Of a DNA stretch of 64,000 nucleotides, positions 49,514-64,000 are shown one piece after another. Numbering within the stretch: the first letter of the stretch is position 1; each line of letters opens with the position of its first letter. This DNA comes from an uncultured Methanoregulaceae archaeon. Lineage in GTDB: Archaea; Halobacteriota; Methanomicrobia; Methanomicrobiales; Methanospirillaceae. Below the pieces are notes generated by a model, which was given only the letters and a program-made list of their open reading frames with translations, made no database searches and was not told the origin of the DNA. The stretch lies in the NCBI GenBank assembly GCA_963717525.1, contig OY970343.1, positions 160,001 to 224,000 on the forward strand. Direction: 5' to 3'. Both the position numbers and the translations under genes were made by a program.

Positions 49514-51324
49514 AGAAGTCACGCGTATTCGTTGACGGGGCCCTGATTGGCCTTGTCGACGATCCTAAAACCCTTGTCGATAATATTCGTTCCATGCGCC
49601 GGCAGGGGGCCATCTCGTCCGAGGTCAATGTCTCGTTCAAGGACTTCAACGGCGATGTGGTTCTCCTCACCGACCGCGGCCGTGCACGCCGTCCCCTGAT
49701 CGTCCTCAAAGACGGCAAGACCCTTATCAGTGACGAGGATATCAAGAAACTCGCTAAAGGTGAGATTGACTTCTCACATTTCGTGCAGCGGGGTCTGATC
49801 GAGTTCGTAGATGCCGAGGAAGAAGAAGACCTCTTCATTGCCATGAACCCTGCCAATATCACGCCGGCACACACACACCTCGAGATCGACCCCTCGCTGA
49901 TCCTTGGGATCGGTGCGGCGCACGTCCCGTTCCCGGAGCACAATGCAAGTCCGCGTGTGACGATGGGTGCAGGGATGGTCAAGCAGGCGCTCGGGTTTGG
50001 CGCGGCAAACATGAAGCTCCGTCCCGATACCCGGGGCCACCTGCTTCACTATGTACAAAAGCCGCTCACCCATACCCAGACATCAGAGCTCATCGGGTCG
50101 GACGACAGGCCTGCCGGGCAGAACTTCGTGGTTGCCATCCTCTCGTATGAAGGCTATAACATCGAAGATGCGCTCATCTTCAACAAGGCCTCGATCGACC
50201 GGGGTCTCGGGCGCTCGCACTTTTTCAGGACTTACGAAGGCGAAGAGCGCCGGTACCCGGGCGGCCAGATCGACCGGATAGAAGTGCCGGATGAGGACGT
50301 AAGCGGTGCCCACGGTGCGGAGTCGTACAAGAACCTCGATGAGGACGGCGTGATTAACCCCGAAACGATCGTCGCGGAAAAAGATGTCCTGATAGGGAAG
50401 ACCTCGCCGCCACGTTTTCTCGAAGAACCCTCCGGCGAGCTCATTGCCGTAGAGAAGCGCCGCGACACGTCGGTCACGATGCGCAGTAACGAGCATGGCA
50501 TCGTGGACACGGTCATTATCACCGAAGGCGAGAACAGCTCGCGTCTCGTCAAGGTACGGACCCGCGACCTGCGGGTGCCGGAGATCGGTGACAAGTTCGC
50601 GTCAAGGCACGGGCAGAAAGGGGTCATCGGCCTCATCTCAAACCAGGAGGACATGCCCTTTACCGAGAGCGGGCTCTCGCCCGATCTCGTCATCAACCCC
50701 CACGCGATCCCGAGCCGCATGACCATCGGGCACATGCTCGAGATGATCGGCGGCAAGGTCGGGGCACTCGAAGGCCGGCGCATCAACGGCACCGCATTTT
50801 CCGGCGAGAGCGAGGCCGACCTCCGCGCATCGCTCAAGAGCCTCGGGTACTCGCACACCGGCCGTGAAGTGATGTACGATGGTATCACCGGCAAAGCGTT
50901 CAAGGCTGATATCTACATCGGCGTGATCTACTACCAGAAACTGTACCATATGGTTTCCTCCAAGATGCACGCCCGGTCCCGTGGGCCGGTACAGGTGCTT
51001 ACCCGCCAACCGACCGAAGGCCGTGCCCGTGAAGGAGGTCTTCGGTTCGGTGAGATGGAGCGTGATGTCATGATCGGCCACGGTGCCGCCATGGCCTTGA
51101 AGGAGCGGCTGCTCGACGAATCGGACAAGGTCCAGGAATATGTCTGTGCCCACTGCGGGATGGTGGCGATGCTTGACCGCAAGCGTAACATGACCCGGTG
51201 CCTTGCCTGCGGCAATGAGACCGATATCTACCCGGTCGAGATGAGCTACGCATTCAAGCTCCTGCTGGATGAGATGAAGAGCATGGGGATAGCACCCCGC
51301 CTGAGATTAGAGGACGTCGTATAG
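49510..51324 (+). CDS. rpoB1: RNA polymerase subunit B'
   Basis: [37 protein letters not shown]. Confidence 0.97.
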   Translation: MKKSRVFVDGALIGLVDDPKTLVDNIRSMRRQGAISSEVNVSFKDFNGDVVLLTDRGRARRPLIVLKDGKTLISDEDIKKLAKGEIDFSHFVQRGLIEFVDAEEEEDLFIAMNPANITPAHTHLEIDPSLILGIGAAHVPFPEHNASPRVTMGAGMVKQALGFGAANMKLRPDTRGHLLHYVQKPLTHTQTSELIGSDDRPAGQNFVVAILSYEGYNIEDALIFNKASIDRGLGRSHFFRTYEGEERRYPGGQIDRIEVPDEDVSGAHGAESYKNLDEDGVINPETIVAEKDVLIGKTSPPRFLEEPSGELIAVEKRRDTSVTMRSNEHGIVDTVIITEGENSSRLVKVRTRDLRVPEIGDKFASRHGQKGVIGLISNQEDMPFTESGLSPDLVINPHAIPSRMTIGHMLEMIGGKVGALEGRRINGTAFSGESEADLRASLKSLGYSHTGREVMYDGITGKAFKADIYIGVIYYQKLYHMVSSKMHARSRGPVQVLTRQPTEGRAREGGLRFGEMERDVMIGHGAAMALKERLLDESDKVQEYVCAHCGMVAMLDRKRNMTRCLACGNETDIYPVEMSYAFKLLLDEMKSMGIAPRLRLEDVV

Positions 51325-51334
51325 GAGGTGCGTC

Positions 51335-55153
<3,819 letters not shown>

Positions 55154-55197
55154 CGACAAAACCAAAAATAACCAACCAAATTTAAGGAGAATTGCAG

Positions 55198-55491
55198 ATG
55201 GATTTTAATGCTTCATTAAGAAGAGCGATCAAGACCGGAAATGTCATTCTCGGTCAGAACAACACGGAAAAATGCATAAAAGAGGGCAAGGCCCAGATGG
55301 TCGTCGTGGCGGCAAACTGCCCGGAGAACTTTAAAAACCAGCTTGGCAGCTATGAAAACCTCTTCATCCATACGTTTGAGGGTTCAAGCGTGGCGCTCGG
55401 CAAAGCCTGTGGTAAACCGTTCATGGTGAGCACGCTCGCCATTGTCAGCCCCGGCGAGTCAGATATTCTCTCCCTGAAGAGGACGGCATGA
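55198..55491 (+). CDS. rpl30e: 50S ribosomal protein L30e
   Basis: IKTGNVILG, LGKACGKPF..PGESDIL. Confidence 0.95.
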   Translation: MDFNASLRRAIKTGNVILGQNNTEKCIKEGKAQMVVVAANCPENFKNQLGSYENLFIHTFEGSSVALGKACGKPFMVSTLAIVSPGESDILSLKRTA

Positions 55492-55492
55492 T

Positions 55493-55963
55493 ATGGTCGA
55501 AGTCAAGCTGACCGAAGACTGCATGCGCCTGATCTCCCAGTTCGAGTCGCTGACCGGGGCAGGAAGCCGCGACTGTGTCATCGATGAAAGGAACGAGAGA
55601 CTCATCTTTGTCGTCAACCCCGGGGACATGGGGCTTGCGATCGGCAAAAAGGGTGCGTCCATCAAGAAGGCGTCCGAAGTGATGGGAAAGAAGATCGAGG
55701 TTGTTGAGTATAACAGCAACCCCGAGCAGTTCCTGAAAAACTGTTTCCTCCCGGCACAGGTGACCAGTATCGTCTTTACCGGTGAACCGGGTGCACAGGC
55801 AGCCACGGTTGAAGTCCGTGACGAGGACCGGGGCATTGCTATCGGTAAAGATGGCAAGAATATCTTCAAGGCAAAGAAACTGGCCCTGCGTCAGCACAAC
55901 ATCGTGGACGTGCAGATCCTCCAGAAGCCGGCGGACAGCGAAGAATCCGCTGCCATGCAGTAA
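55493..55963 (+). CDS. nusA: Archaeal NusA (two KH domains)
   Basis: GLAIGKKG and GIAIGKDG, in its canonical position. Confidence 0.93.
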   Translation: MVEVKLTEDCMRLISQFESLTGAGSRDCVIDERNERLIFVVNPGDMGLAIGKKGASIKKASEVMGKKIEVVEYNSNPEQFLKNCFLPAQVTSIVFTGEPGAQAATVEVRDEDRGIAIGKDGKNIFKAKKLALRQHNIVDVQILQKPADSEESAAMQ

Positions 55964-56074
55964 CCTCCTTTTTTCGTGGTAACCCGTTTTTCGGTCATAT
56001 CCCCACCAGTCGCTATCGGCTTTGGCCAGTTAAGGATCGTATCCCTTCATTTGTTACGGGGAAAAAGAGAACGA

Positions 56075-56149
56075 CGGGCCTGGGGGGATTTGAACCCCCG
56101 ACATCCGGGTTAGAAGCCCGGCGCTATGTCCAAGCTAAGCCACAAGCCC
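56075..56149 (-). tRNA. tRNA-Arg (TCT)
   Basis: GGGCTTG/CAGGCCC acceptor stem, loop CT-TCT-AA, GGTTCAAATCC. Confidence 0.95.
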
Positions 56150-56312
56150 ACGTGGTGCCTCTTAGATTCGTGTTCCGGGCTAATTAATCTGTGTCATGAC
56201 CCGGTGAGTTTCTGATCACTCCTTATTGCCGGGGCCTGAAGGGCCGCATCCCGCTCAGTCAACGAGTTTGTGTAATAAAAAAGAAAACCGGTGTGAGATA
56301 CCTGCATGACCT

Positions 56313-56711
56313 TCAACCGGCATGATAGCATGAGGACTTGAGCACTTCTACCTGGGTAGGATCACAGAGACCTTTATGGAAAACTCCTTTTACCAACGAC
56401 GAGGAGCAGTATTTCACCTGAACCCGGGCTGACATTCGTTCCCGTTCCTCGTAATAAACGCCCTGTGAGTACTCCACGATCCGTTTCATGGAGATCACTG
56501 ACGAGAGAAGATCGACGCAGATCCCGGTGTCCCCCGGGCCTAGGTCTTCGATATCGGTTGAGGTCATGAAGATACGGACCTTGGGCCCGGGTTCGACACC
56601 GGCGATTGTTACAATGTTATGGGTACTCTGAAGTTCGATGGTGCGGGGTCTCCCCGACCGGAGATCCCGGATCACTTCTGGCGATATTCCGGTTAACGCA
56701 GCGCACTTCAT
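56313..56711 (-). CDS. DUF473-like archaeal protein
   Basis: ALTGIS..RTIELQSTHN..FMT..EERE. Confidence 0.7.
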   Translation of the reverse strand: MKCAALTGISPEVIRDLRSGRPRTIELQSTHNIVTIAGVEPGPKVRIFMTSTDIEDLGPGDTGICVDLLSSVISMKRIVEYSQGVYYEERERMSARVQVKYCSSSLVKGVFHKGLCDPTQVEVLKSSCYHAG

Positions 56712-56715
56712 AAGG

Positions 56716-57447
56716 TCACCCGTACATCGGCAGATCTTTTTTCGGCGTCGTGTCATCTGCGGACTGCTGAACTTCCTCGGAGATCCGGTGCATGCTCTGC
56801 TCGATCTCCTCGGCCTGCTCAAGGAGTGGCTTGACATCGAGACCGAGGTTGTACATCTTGTTGAGCACCTCGATGGTCGCCGCGGACGAGCGCGGATCCG
56901 GAGCGTTTACGGTCTCCCCAAGGAGGCCAAACCCCGGGATGCCCCGGATCTTGCATCCTGTCAGGATACTGGATGCTATACCAGAAATGCTCCCGATGGG
57001 AAGCACGAGCGTATGATCCTGGATCCGCTGGAGTGCATCAGTTGTCGTCGCCACGCCAAACACGCGCTTCTCCGATTCGTTGGTGACGATGCCGGCGATA
57101 GTGAGTACCTCCTTCGGCTTGTACTGGACGAGCCAGTCAAGGATGCCGGTCGAGATCTCGTAGCAGATCATGGGGTGGATAGGGATATCGGCAACGATGG
57201 CGGTGATATCGTTTTTCATGTACAGCCGTACGGGATCGTTTATCACGCCTTTGTTCATCATGGCAAGGGGGGGAAAGTACCGGGAGGTCATGGTGCCAAC
57301 AAGCTCGAACTCGAGCTGGTCGACCATGTACTGGAGCGCAATCGTGCCGACAAGCCCGCTCCCGGGAAACCCCATCAGCACCGCAGCGCCCTCTCCGGGT
57401 GGCGGATTTGCAAAAATCGTGAGGTCATGCGATGAGTCTGTCGTCAT
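56716..57447 (-). CDS. Proteasome assembly chaperone (PAC2) family, second paralog, HbYX tail
   Basis: GFPGSGLVGTIA, PVRLY, PDPRSSA. C-terminus PMYG. Confidence 0.85.
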   Translation of the reverse strand: MTTDSSHDLTIFANPPPGEGAAVLMGFPGSGLVGTIALQYMVDQLEFELVGTMTSRYFPPLAMMNKGVINDPVRLYMKNDITAIVADIPIHPMICYEISTGILDWLVQYKPKEVLTIAGIVTNESEKRVFGVATTTDALQRIQDHTLVLPIGSISGIASSILTGCKIRGIPGFGLLGETVNAPDPRSSAATIEVLNKMYNLGLDVKPLLEQAEEIEQSMHRISEEVQQSADDTTPKKDLPMYG

Positions 57448-57482
57448 TAAGTTAACATACACGCACTACCTAAAAAAATAGT

Positions 57483-57800
57483 ATGCAGGAGTACTCCATC
57501 AAAAGAGGCCTGACAAAAGATCTCGATCAAAGAATTGTCGCTGAACTCAGGAACTGTTTCGAGGTAGAACCGGAAAAAATCGCAAACTCATACCGGATCC
57601 GGTTCGGGGCCCTGAAAAAGCTGGAGGCGACACCCGGTGCCGGGGGAAAGACCCTTCGCGTAAATACCGAGTCTGATACAGCGGCAAGCGACGAGGTCAT
57701 TATCGACACGAATAAAAGATTCAGGAAATTCCTGGACGCGGCGACTGGATTCTCCACCAAGGAACGGGTGAAGCGGGCAAAGAGCGTAGAAGGAGAATAA
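57483..57800 (+). CDS. DUF5611-like conserved archaeal protein
   Basis: EYSIKRG..FGAL..FLDAATGFSTKERVKR. Confidence 0.7.
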   Translation: MQEYSIKRGLTKDLDQRIVAELRNCFEVEPEKIANSYRIRFGALKKLEATPGAGGKTLRVNTESDTAASDEVIIDTNKRFRKFLDAATGFSTKERVKRAKSVEGE

Positions 57801-57854
57801 CCTTCCACCCCCCCGCTTTTTGCTGCCGGAGGTTTCCCGGGTGGCACGTTGCCG

Positions 57855-58370
57855 ATGCGTATGATAACTTTTCTGTGCGATCATTGTGGGAAGTGCTGTA
57901 CCAGTCTTGGGGCATATATCAGGATCGAGCGACAGCTCTCGGAGCAGGATTATTACTGCAAAAATGGCATCACCGGCGAGATATTCCCGGTGCATGTAGC
58001 ACCGGAATTTGCCGGTGAAATCGACGAGGACTTTACATCAGGTACCGCTGGTTCCCGACAGGGCTGCATCTTCCTGCGCAGGAACCCGGCAGGCCCGGGC
58101 TTTGTCTGTGCAATCTACCCGACCCGGCCCCGGCTCTGCCGGGAGTTCCGGTGTTACCACATGGTGATCTTCAATGCCCGGAGCGAGCCAGTGGGCCGGA
58201 TGGTCGGGAGAGCGGATATCCAGACTGCCGATCCCGTGCTTGCCCGGATCTGGAACGATGAGGTCAAACCCCTGCCCAGCCCGGCAACTCCCTGCTGTGA
58301 TCCAGCATGGTTGGAACGGGTCCGCGCGATCCTTACAGCGCATGGGTACCGGGAGGAGCCGGTGGGGTAA
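57855..58370 (+). CDS. YkgJ family Cys-cluster (Zn/Fe-chelating) protein
   Basis: FLCDHCGKCC..CIFL..CAIYPTRPRLCREF. Confidence 0.85.
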   Translation: MRMITFLCDHCGKCCTSLGAYIRIERQLSEQDYYCKNGITGEIFPVHVAPEFAGEIDEDFTSGTAGSRQGCIFLRRNPAGPGFVCAIYPTRPRLCREFRCYHMVIFNARSEPVGRMVGRADIQTADPVLARIWNDEVKPLPSPATPCCDPAWLERVRAILTAHGYREEPVG

Positions 58371-58440
58371 GGTTGGTGAAAAAAGTGTTCACCAGACAGC
58401 TGGCGTAACGGTGGATTCATTTTAAAATTTAATGAGGGCT

Positions 58441-58633
58441 CCCCGCCTCAGGGCCCCTCGCGGGGCACGGCGGGGCGAGGGAGGAGGTCTGCACAATTTT
58501 CCGGGAAAGCAAGAGTGCGAACCGCTTCTGCCCCGCGAAGCGGGGGACCATCACAACCCGCCAAAGCCCCATTTTGCCGACGTGCGGGGCTTGCGATGCG
58601 CCCCGCGGAAGGGCGGCGGTGGTGGCGACGGGC
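58441..58633. other. GC-rich multi-hairpin intergenic element (structured ncRNA or REP/MITE-like)
   Basis: At least four stem-loops, including CCCCGCC/GGCGGGG enclosing GCCCC-TCGC-GGGGC, CCCCGC-GAA-GCGGGG and AAGCCCC/GGGGCTT. Confidence 0.55.
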
Positions 58634-58716
58634 GTTTGTCGGTTTGTGTCAAGGACTTCAGCGAGTGGTTGTCGCCTGCTCCATCGGTCTGGTTAATAGA
58701 GATAAAAAAGAAAAAA

Positions 58717-61498
58717 TTACTCAATCACAATCGCTGGTTTGAACGGCAGGGCTGTTGCTCCCTTGGCGTGCTCGCTCGATTCCGCATCAGCGATATGGAC
58801 CGGCACGCTAAATTCGTGTTCGAGGAAAGCCTGTGCTGCTTCGAAGACCGCACGTTCATTCACCGATTCCTCTGCGAGCGGTGCGACCACCTGCGGGGGC
58901 AGGCGGTGGATGAGGGTGGTACACTGTTTTGCTGCATCAGTGGCCTCTTTGCCCCGCTTCTTCATCTCATCGTCCTTCATGATCTCCTTGATTACGGTAT
59001 TACGGTCGGTCGAACGGGCGATTGTCCTGAAGATCTCGTGCTTCCACTCCGGCGCGAGCACGATGGTGATCGATTTGGGCGTGATCTGGATCAGCTTCCT
59101 GATCGACTCGATGTCCTCCACCGTCCGGGCGAGGAGTTCCTCGGCAAGCTCTATCCTGGTGTTGACCAGTTTCTCATCCGCTACCGGCCACTCTGCAAAC
59201 GAGACCAGGTCCTTGCTGCCCATCTCCTTCCAGAGATGTTCGGCGGTAAAGGGGATAAACGGCGCAAGGAGCCGGGTCCAGACTGAGCAGAGGGTTGCAA
59301 GCTCCCTGCTCCCGTCGCAGCCCTCGGGCAGCCGGCGCCGGTACCATTTCAGGTCGGTCTCGATCCCGAACGAGGCCTCCTGGAGTGCCTGACGGGTCTG
59401 GAAGTTTTCCAGGACCGCGGTCATCTTTGCGATGTGCTCCTGGAGCCGGCTGATCAGCCAGCGGTCGATATCCTGCGGCTCGCCGCCGGCGTCCTGGATC
59501 TCCATGACTGTTGAGTAGAACCGCTCGATCTGCTTTTTCGTGGAGAGCACCAGTTCGTTTCTCCAGTCAAAGTCCTGCCAGGGCTCGGCGCTGCCGGTTA
59601 AAAACATCCTGACCGTGTCGGCGCCGAACTCGCTGACCGCATCTTCAAGGAGGAAGACGTTGCCTTTCGAGGACGACATCTTGGCGCCGTTTAAGAGGCC
59701 CATGCCAAAGACGACCATACCTTTCGGGAGCTTGTCTTTCGGGAAGATGGTGACGTGGTGAAAGATCTGGAAGGTGAGGTGGTTGGAGATGAGGTCCTTT
59801 GCCGAGAACCGGAAGTCGTACGGGTACCAGGTACAGGAACTCTTCCCGCATCGCGTCCAGTTTCTTCTTTTCGGGCAGATCCGGGGACTTCTTCCCGAGG
59901 AATATATAGTCGAAGACTGCAGGGGTGAGGAGTTTCGGGTCGATCTCACGGATTTTGTGGGCAATGGTATAATAAGCCATATAGACCGTCGAGTCGGAGA
60001 GCGGCTCGATCAGCTGGGCCGGGTCCCACGGGAACCGTGTACCAAGGCCGACACGCCGGGTGCAGGCCCAGTCCTTGAGCCAGCCGACCGTCCGGTCGAA
60101 CTCAGCACGGACCTCGGGCGGGACGAGCGCCATGTCTTTGAGGTGGTCACCTGCCTGCTGCTTCCATGCAGGATCGCTGTACTTCAGGAACCACTGGTCG
60201 TGGAGGATCTTGACTTTGACTTTGTTCCCGCACCGGCATATGACCGGACGGGTGTCAAACTCGTACATGACGACCGAATGGTACTTGTCGCACATCTCCT
60301 GCGCAACTTCCTCCCGTGCGACCCTGACGGGCTGTCCGCCATACTTCCCGAAAAGTTTTCCCTTCGAGAACTCTGCTGAGTAGATTTCTTGGGTGAGGGT
60401 GTCCATCCGGCTGTCCATCTGGTGTCGGATGCCGGCGCGCTCGACAGCGTCCTGCGCGGGAACTTCCCCGTACCCTTCGACCTTGATCAGCGGGATCGGT
60501 TTGATCTGCGTGTATTTTCCCTGCTGCTGGAGATCGCGGAGCGCGATGTAATCGAACGGTGCGTGTGCGGGCACACTCATAACCATCCCGGTTGCCATGT
60601 CGGGGTCGACAAAGTCGGCCGGGAGGATCGGGACGGTACCGCAGAGCGGGTGGGTGACGGTCTTGTCTACGAGGTCCTTTCCTTCGATCTCTTCTTGTAC
60701 CTCGACCGTGTGGTCCTGCAGCACGAGTTTTTCTGCTGCTTCCTTCGAGACGATCCATGGCTTTCCGTCAACGAGCGCCCTGACATACGTCACATTCGGG
60801 TTCGCCCAGAGGTTGGTGACCCCGTGGATCGTCTCGGGCCTGAGGGTGGCGGTGGGAATGAACGCGTCACCGTAGTGGAACATGACAAGCGTGAACTTGA
60901 TCACCTCAGCCTTGTCCCCCTCGAGAAGGTCGTGGTCGCCGACCGGGTTGTCATCGACCGTGCAGTACCGGACTGGGTGGGCCCCTTTAATCACGTGACC
61001 GGCCTCGTACAGGTGCTTCCACTGCCACTCGACGAACTTGCTGTAGGTCGGGTCGACCGTGATAAAGCGACGGCGCCAGTCAATCGAGAGACCGCACGAG
61101 GTCATTACGCGCTGGTACTCCGCAGCAAAATGCTTGACGATCGTCAGCGGTTCGGTAAATTCCGCAAGCACGTCCTGCGGGACCTTGTAGAGGTCGCGGT
61201 ACAGGTGGATAGTCTTTGGGTCGTTCCGTGCGATCCTTTTCGAGATGCCGACGACCGGTGCACCCGTGACATGGAATGCCATGGGAAAAAGCACCTGCCT
61301 GCCCCGCATCCGCCAGAACCGTGCGATCACATCGGGGACGATGTAAGTGCGGCCGTGGCCGACATGCATGGCGCCGCTCGGGTACGGGAACGCGACCGTC
61401 AGGTAAAATTTTTCACGATCTGAGGGGTTGGACTCAAACGCTCGTGCCCACTGGTCATGTGCTTCTTTTTCAAACTTGCCCAGGTCAAATTCGCTCAA
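58717..61498 (-). CDS. leuS: Leucine--tRNA ligase, archaeal type (apparent +1 frameshift at ~59830)
   Basis: [38 protein letters not shown]. Shifted frame: [20 protein letters not shown]. Confidence 0.95.
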
Positions 61499-61551
61499 AA
61501 CCCTTCACCTTCTCCTCTCATTATGGGAATTTCTGCATTATATTACTCCGG

Positions 61552-63525
61552 TCATACCGGCCTCAGCTTGATGCTCTCGTTATTCTGGTACCGCCGGATC
61601 ATTTCCTGCGCTATACTTGAGTTCTTGGCAAGGCTGATCTCGCCGTTCTCGTTAACGGTTGCGGTGAAGAGGTACTCCTTGCCGGCAAAGACGTCCACGA
61701 TCTTGCCGCTCTGGTCCGGGGCGATTATCATGAGCTGTTTCTTATCGGTCTGGATTTTGATCCCGCCGCCAAGGGAAATCTCGCCCTCGGTTTTCACCGC
61801 CGGCTGGGCATGCTGCCGTTCAAGATCTGACCGGGGCTTGATGTCGATACCGATGCCGATCTTGTTGACAATGGCCGAGACGTTCTTGCCGCCCTTGCCG
61901 ATAGCTGCCGGGACATCCTTGTCATCGATGTATACAACCGCCTTGGTGTCGCTGATCATTTCGACATCGACGGCACCGTCCGTGTATCTCCCGATCTCGC
62001 GTTGGATCTCTTTCTCGTTAAGTTTCCAGCCGGGGCGATCTTCCGACGGTGCACGGGGGGTTGCGTCGGGGATGGATGCGAGGGAACTGCCCGGTCTGCT
62101 GGCCGGAGAGACCGGCTGGCCGCCGTTTTGGGACAAGGGTGCCTTTGCAACGGGCGCGGCAGGTGCTGCCGGGATACCGGTGAGCACCGGCATGACGATG
62201 GTCTGGCCGTCGTACCTGAAGACATCGAGCACAAGGCTGCCGGTCTCGGAGTCGGTCACGGTGGTCACGGGCCGGATGTGCATCTCGTTTCCCATGCCCT
62301 CGGGTACCTTTATGGTAAAACCGACATCGTAGATCTTCGTGACGACACCTTTTTCCAGGAACACGATGGTGTTGATGATCTGCGAGAGAACGGAGAAGTC
62401 CTCACGGTCGGAGAAGCGCTGGAGTGCGTCTTGGACGCTGTTTGCATGGATGACCCCGACCATGCCAAGGCCGGCAAGCCGCATGTCAGCAAAGACCGTA
62501 AAGTCCTCGTTCTTGCGCAACTCATCGAAGATGACAAAGTCCGGGCGAACCAGCAGGAGTACGTCAGCGGTGTTTGACATGCTGCCATCGAGCGTGGTGT
62601 ACTGCGTGATCTGGTCGGGTACCTGGAGTTCGCGGGGCGCCTCCATGGTCTTGACGACATACCCGCTGTCGGAGAGGTACGTCGCGATTCCCTGGGCAAG
62701 GGTGGTCTTTCCTGCACCGGGAGAGCCGGCGATGATGAGGCCTCTCTGGTTGGAGATAATCCGTTTCTTGATGACATCTGCCTTTGCGTAGTTGTCAAGG
62801 GTCACGTCAACAATGGGGCGGACTGCGGTGATCTCCATGCCGTCCGAGAACGGCCGGCGGGCGATCGCGATGCGCAGGGAACCGATCTGGACGACAGTGA
62901 TCCCGCGTTTCTCGATCTCGATAAATCCGTCGGGATCCCGTTTTGCCCGTTCGAGGATCTCCTGCGCGAGGTTGCGGAGCTCGTACTCGCTGACCGGCTG
63001 GTCGCGGATCTTCACGAGTTTCATGTCGTTGATGGTGCCCTTCTTTGCTGCAGGCGGGACCCGCTCTTTGAGGTAGACGGCGATCGTATGCTCGTCAAAG
63101 AACTGGTCGATCCCAAGAGGGACAAAATCAGTGATCTGGGGTTTGAGGTAGATGACGTCGAGCCCTTTTGCCCGCGCCACCTCGGCCTGCACGTTGTCGC
63201 TGGTGATGAACCGTGCAGCATTCTCAATGGCGATGTTTCGTATCATCGCGTCGATCTCGCCGCCACTTGCGAGCTTGACCTGCTCGAGCGTGGGGCGGAT
63301 GCCGGAGAACTTAAGTTCGATGGTCTTTTCCTCGGCCATCTTGCAGAGCGACTGGAGCTCATTGAGGCCCGAGAACCCGATCTCGCGCCCGTTATTTGCC
63401 TGGGCTTCGAGTTCTGCAATGACTGCCTCGGGGACGATTATTGTGGCTCCTTTGTATTCACCGGCTTTTATCATCGAGGTTATGCGCCCGTCGATGAGGA
63501 CGCTTGTATCTGGTACCAGTATCAT
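61552..63525 (-). CDS. PINA-type protein: PIN domain, P-loop ATPase, KH domain
   Basis: VPDTSVLIDG (PIN), GSPGAGKTT, RPDFVIFDELR, AAIGKGGKNV (KH). Confidence 0.9.
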   Translation of the reverse strand: MILVPDTSVLIDGRITSMIKAGEYKGATIIVPEAVIAELEAQANNGREIGFSGLNELQSLCKMAEEKTIELKFSGIRPTLEQVKLASGGEIDAMIRNIAIENAARFITSDNVQAEVARAKGLDVIYLKPQITDFVPLGIDQFFDEHTIAVYLKERVPPAAKKGTINDMKLVKIRDQPVSEYELRNLAQEILERAKRDPDGFIEIEKRGITVVQIGSLRIAIARRPFSDGMEITAVRPIVDVTLDNYAKADVIKKRIISNQRGLIIAGSPGAGKTTLAQGIATYLSDSGYVVKTMEAPRELQVPDQITQYTTLDGSMSNTADVLLLVRPDFVIFDELRKNEDFTVFADMRLAGLGMVGVIHANSVQDALQRFSDREDFSVLSQIINTIVFLEKGVVTKIYDVGFTIKVPEGMGNEMHIRPVTTVTDSETGSLVLDVFRYDGQTIVMPVLTGIPAAPAAPVAKAPLSQNGGQPVSPASRPGSSLASIPDATPRAPSEDRPGWKLNEKEIQREIGRYTDGAVDVEMISDTKAVVYIDDKDVPAAIGKGGKNVSAIVNKIGIGIDIKPRSDLERQHAQPAVKTEGEISLGGGIKIQTDKKQLMIIAPDQSGKIVDVFAGKEYLFTATVNENGEISLAKNSSIAQEMIRRYQNNESIKLRPV

Positions 63526-64000
63526 AAAATATTCTTCCTCCCATATAGTATGGTGTTGTATACTATTTGTTCAACGAATGGGTACGTTGATAGATAAAGA
63601 TATGCGGCGTTGGGGTTTATAAGGGGTTCGGGGGAGAGGGAAGACAGAATAATCCTCTTGTTCCGGTGAGTCAGGAATACCGTTTCTAAAATATATATTG
63701 AAATTATTTTGACGTTCAGGTTCAAAGTATCTCCGGAATCGTGCATTGCCTCCCGATGCGGAACATTTTCCCAATCGGTATACACGAATGAGCATCATAA
63801 AGTACACCGCCCGACCCCCTCACCCCCTACCCTGCTTTCTGCGCACAACCTGATACCCATTTTAGTCCTTCCGTCTCCACTCTAACGTCACAATGTTTCA
63901 GGAAAAGGATCAGGTCTGTGATCACAAATCATAGCCACATGTGTGATGGTTTCCTATAAGTACACCATCCGACCCCCTCCTATGCCTGAAAAAAATAAGA

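Noticed and set aside
58441..58633. SRP RNA or RNase P RNA
   Set aside because: I could not find the SRP helix-8 motif or the RNase P GAGGAAAGTCC motif on either strand by eye.
58432..59286. 284-aa plus-strand ORF
   Set aside because: Shadow ORF: it is antisense to leuS and its start runs through the GC-rich hairpin element.
61552..63525. VapC toxin or pilus assembly ATPase for the pilin operon
   Set aside because: The PIN-ATPase-KH architecture fits the conserved archaeal PINA family. There is no antitoxin or TadC neighbour.

Overview
Chromosomal window from a methanogenic euryarchaeon. The gene repertoire and order suggest Methanomicrobiales, Methanoregula-like (inference). It is mostly housekeeping: a nifS-nifU-ThiF-MoaD-MoaE sulfur relay, proS, egsA, elp3-priS-GINS, rpl44e-rps27e-aIF2alpha-nop10, glnA with an NrpR-type operator, GGR, rnhB, pfkA, the rpoH-B''-B'-A'-A''-rpl30e-nusA operon, leuS, PINA and four tRNAs (Gly-CCC, Pro-GGG, Lys-TTT, Arg-TCT). 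The accessory region (about 3-22 kb) holds the most interesting material. The best candidate for an undescribed system is a same-strand cluster encoding an ArsR-type wHTH-FHA regulator, a single-pass receptor Ser/Thr kinase with an extracellular beta-helix domain, and a small Zn-finger protein, with direct repeats in its promoter region. Also notable are a two-gene pilin operon whose 879-aa pilin ends in a glycine-rich domain, a Cys-containing Rsm22/METTL17-like methyltransferase, and two GC-rich structured intergenic elements (9257-9367 and 58441-58633). Ten genes, several of them essential, carry single +1 frameshifts that look like systematic sequencing errors. No CRISPR array, rRNA or transposase was seen. 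All family assignments are by motif recognition, not database search.
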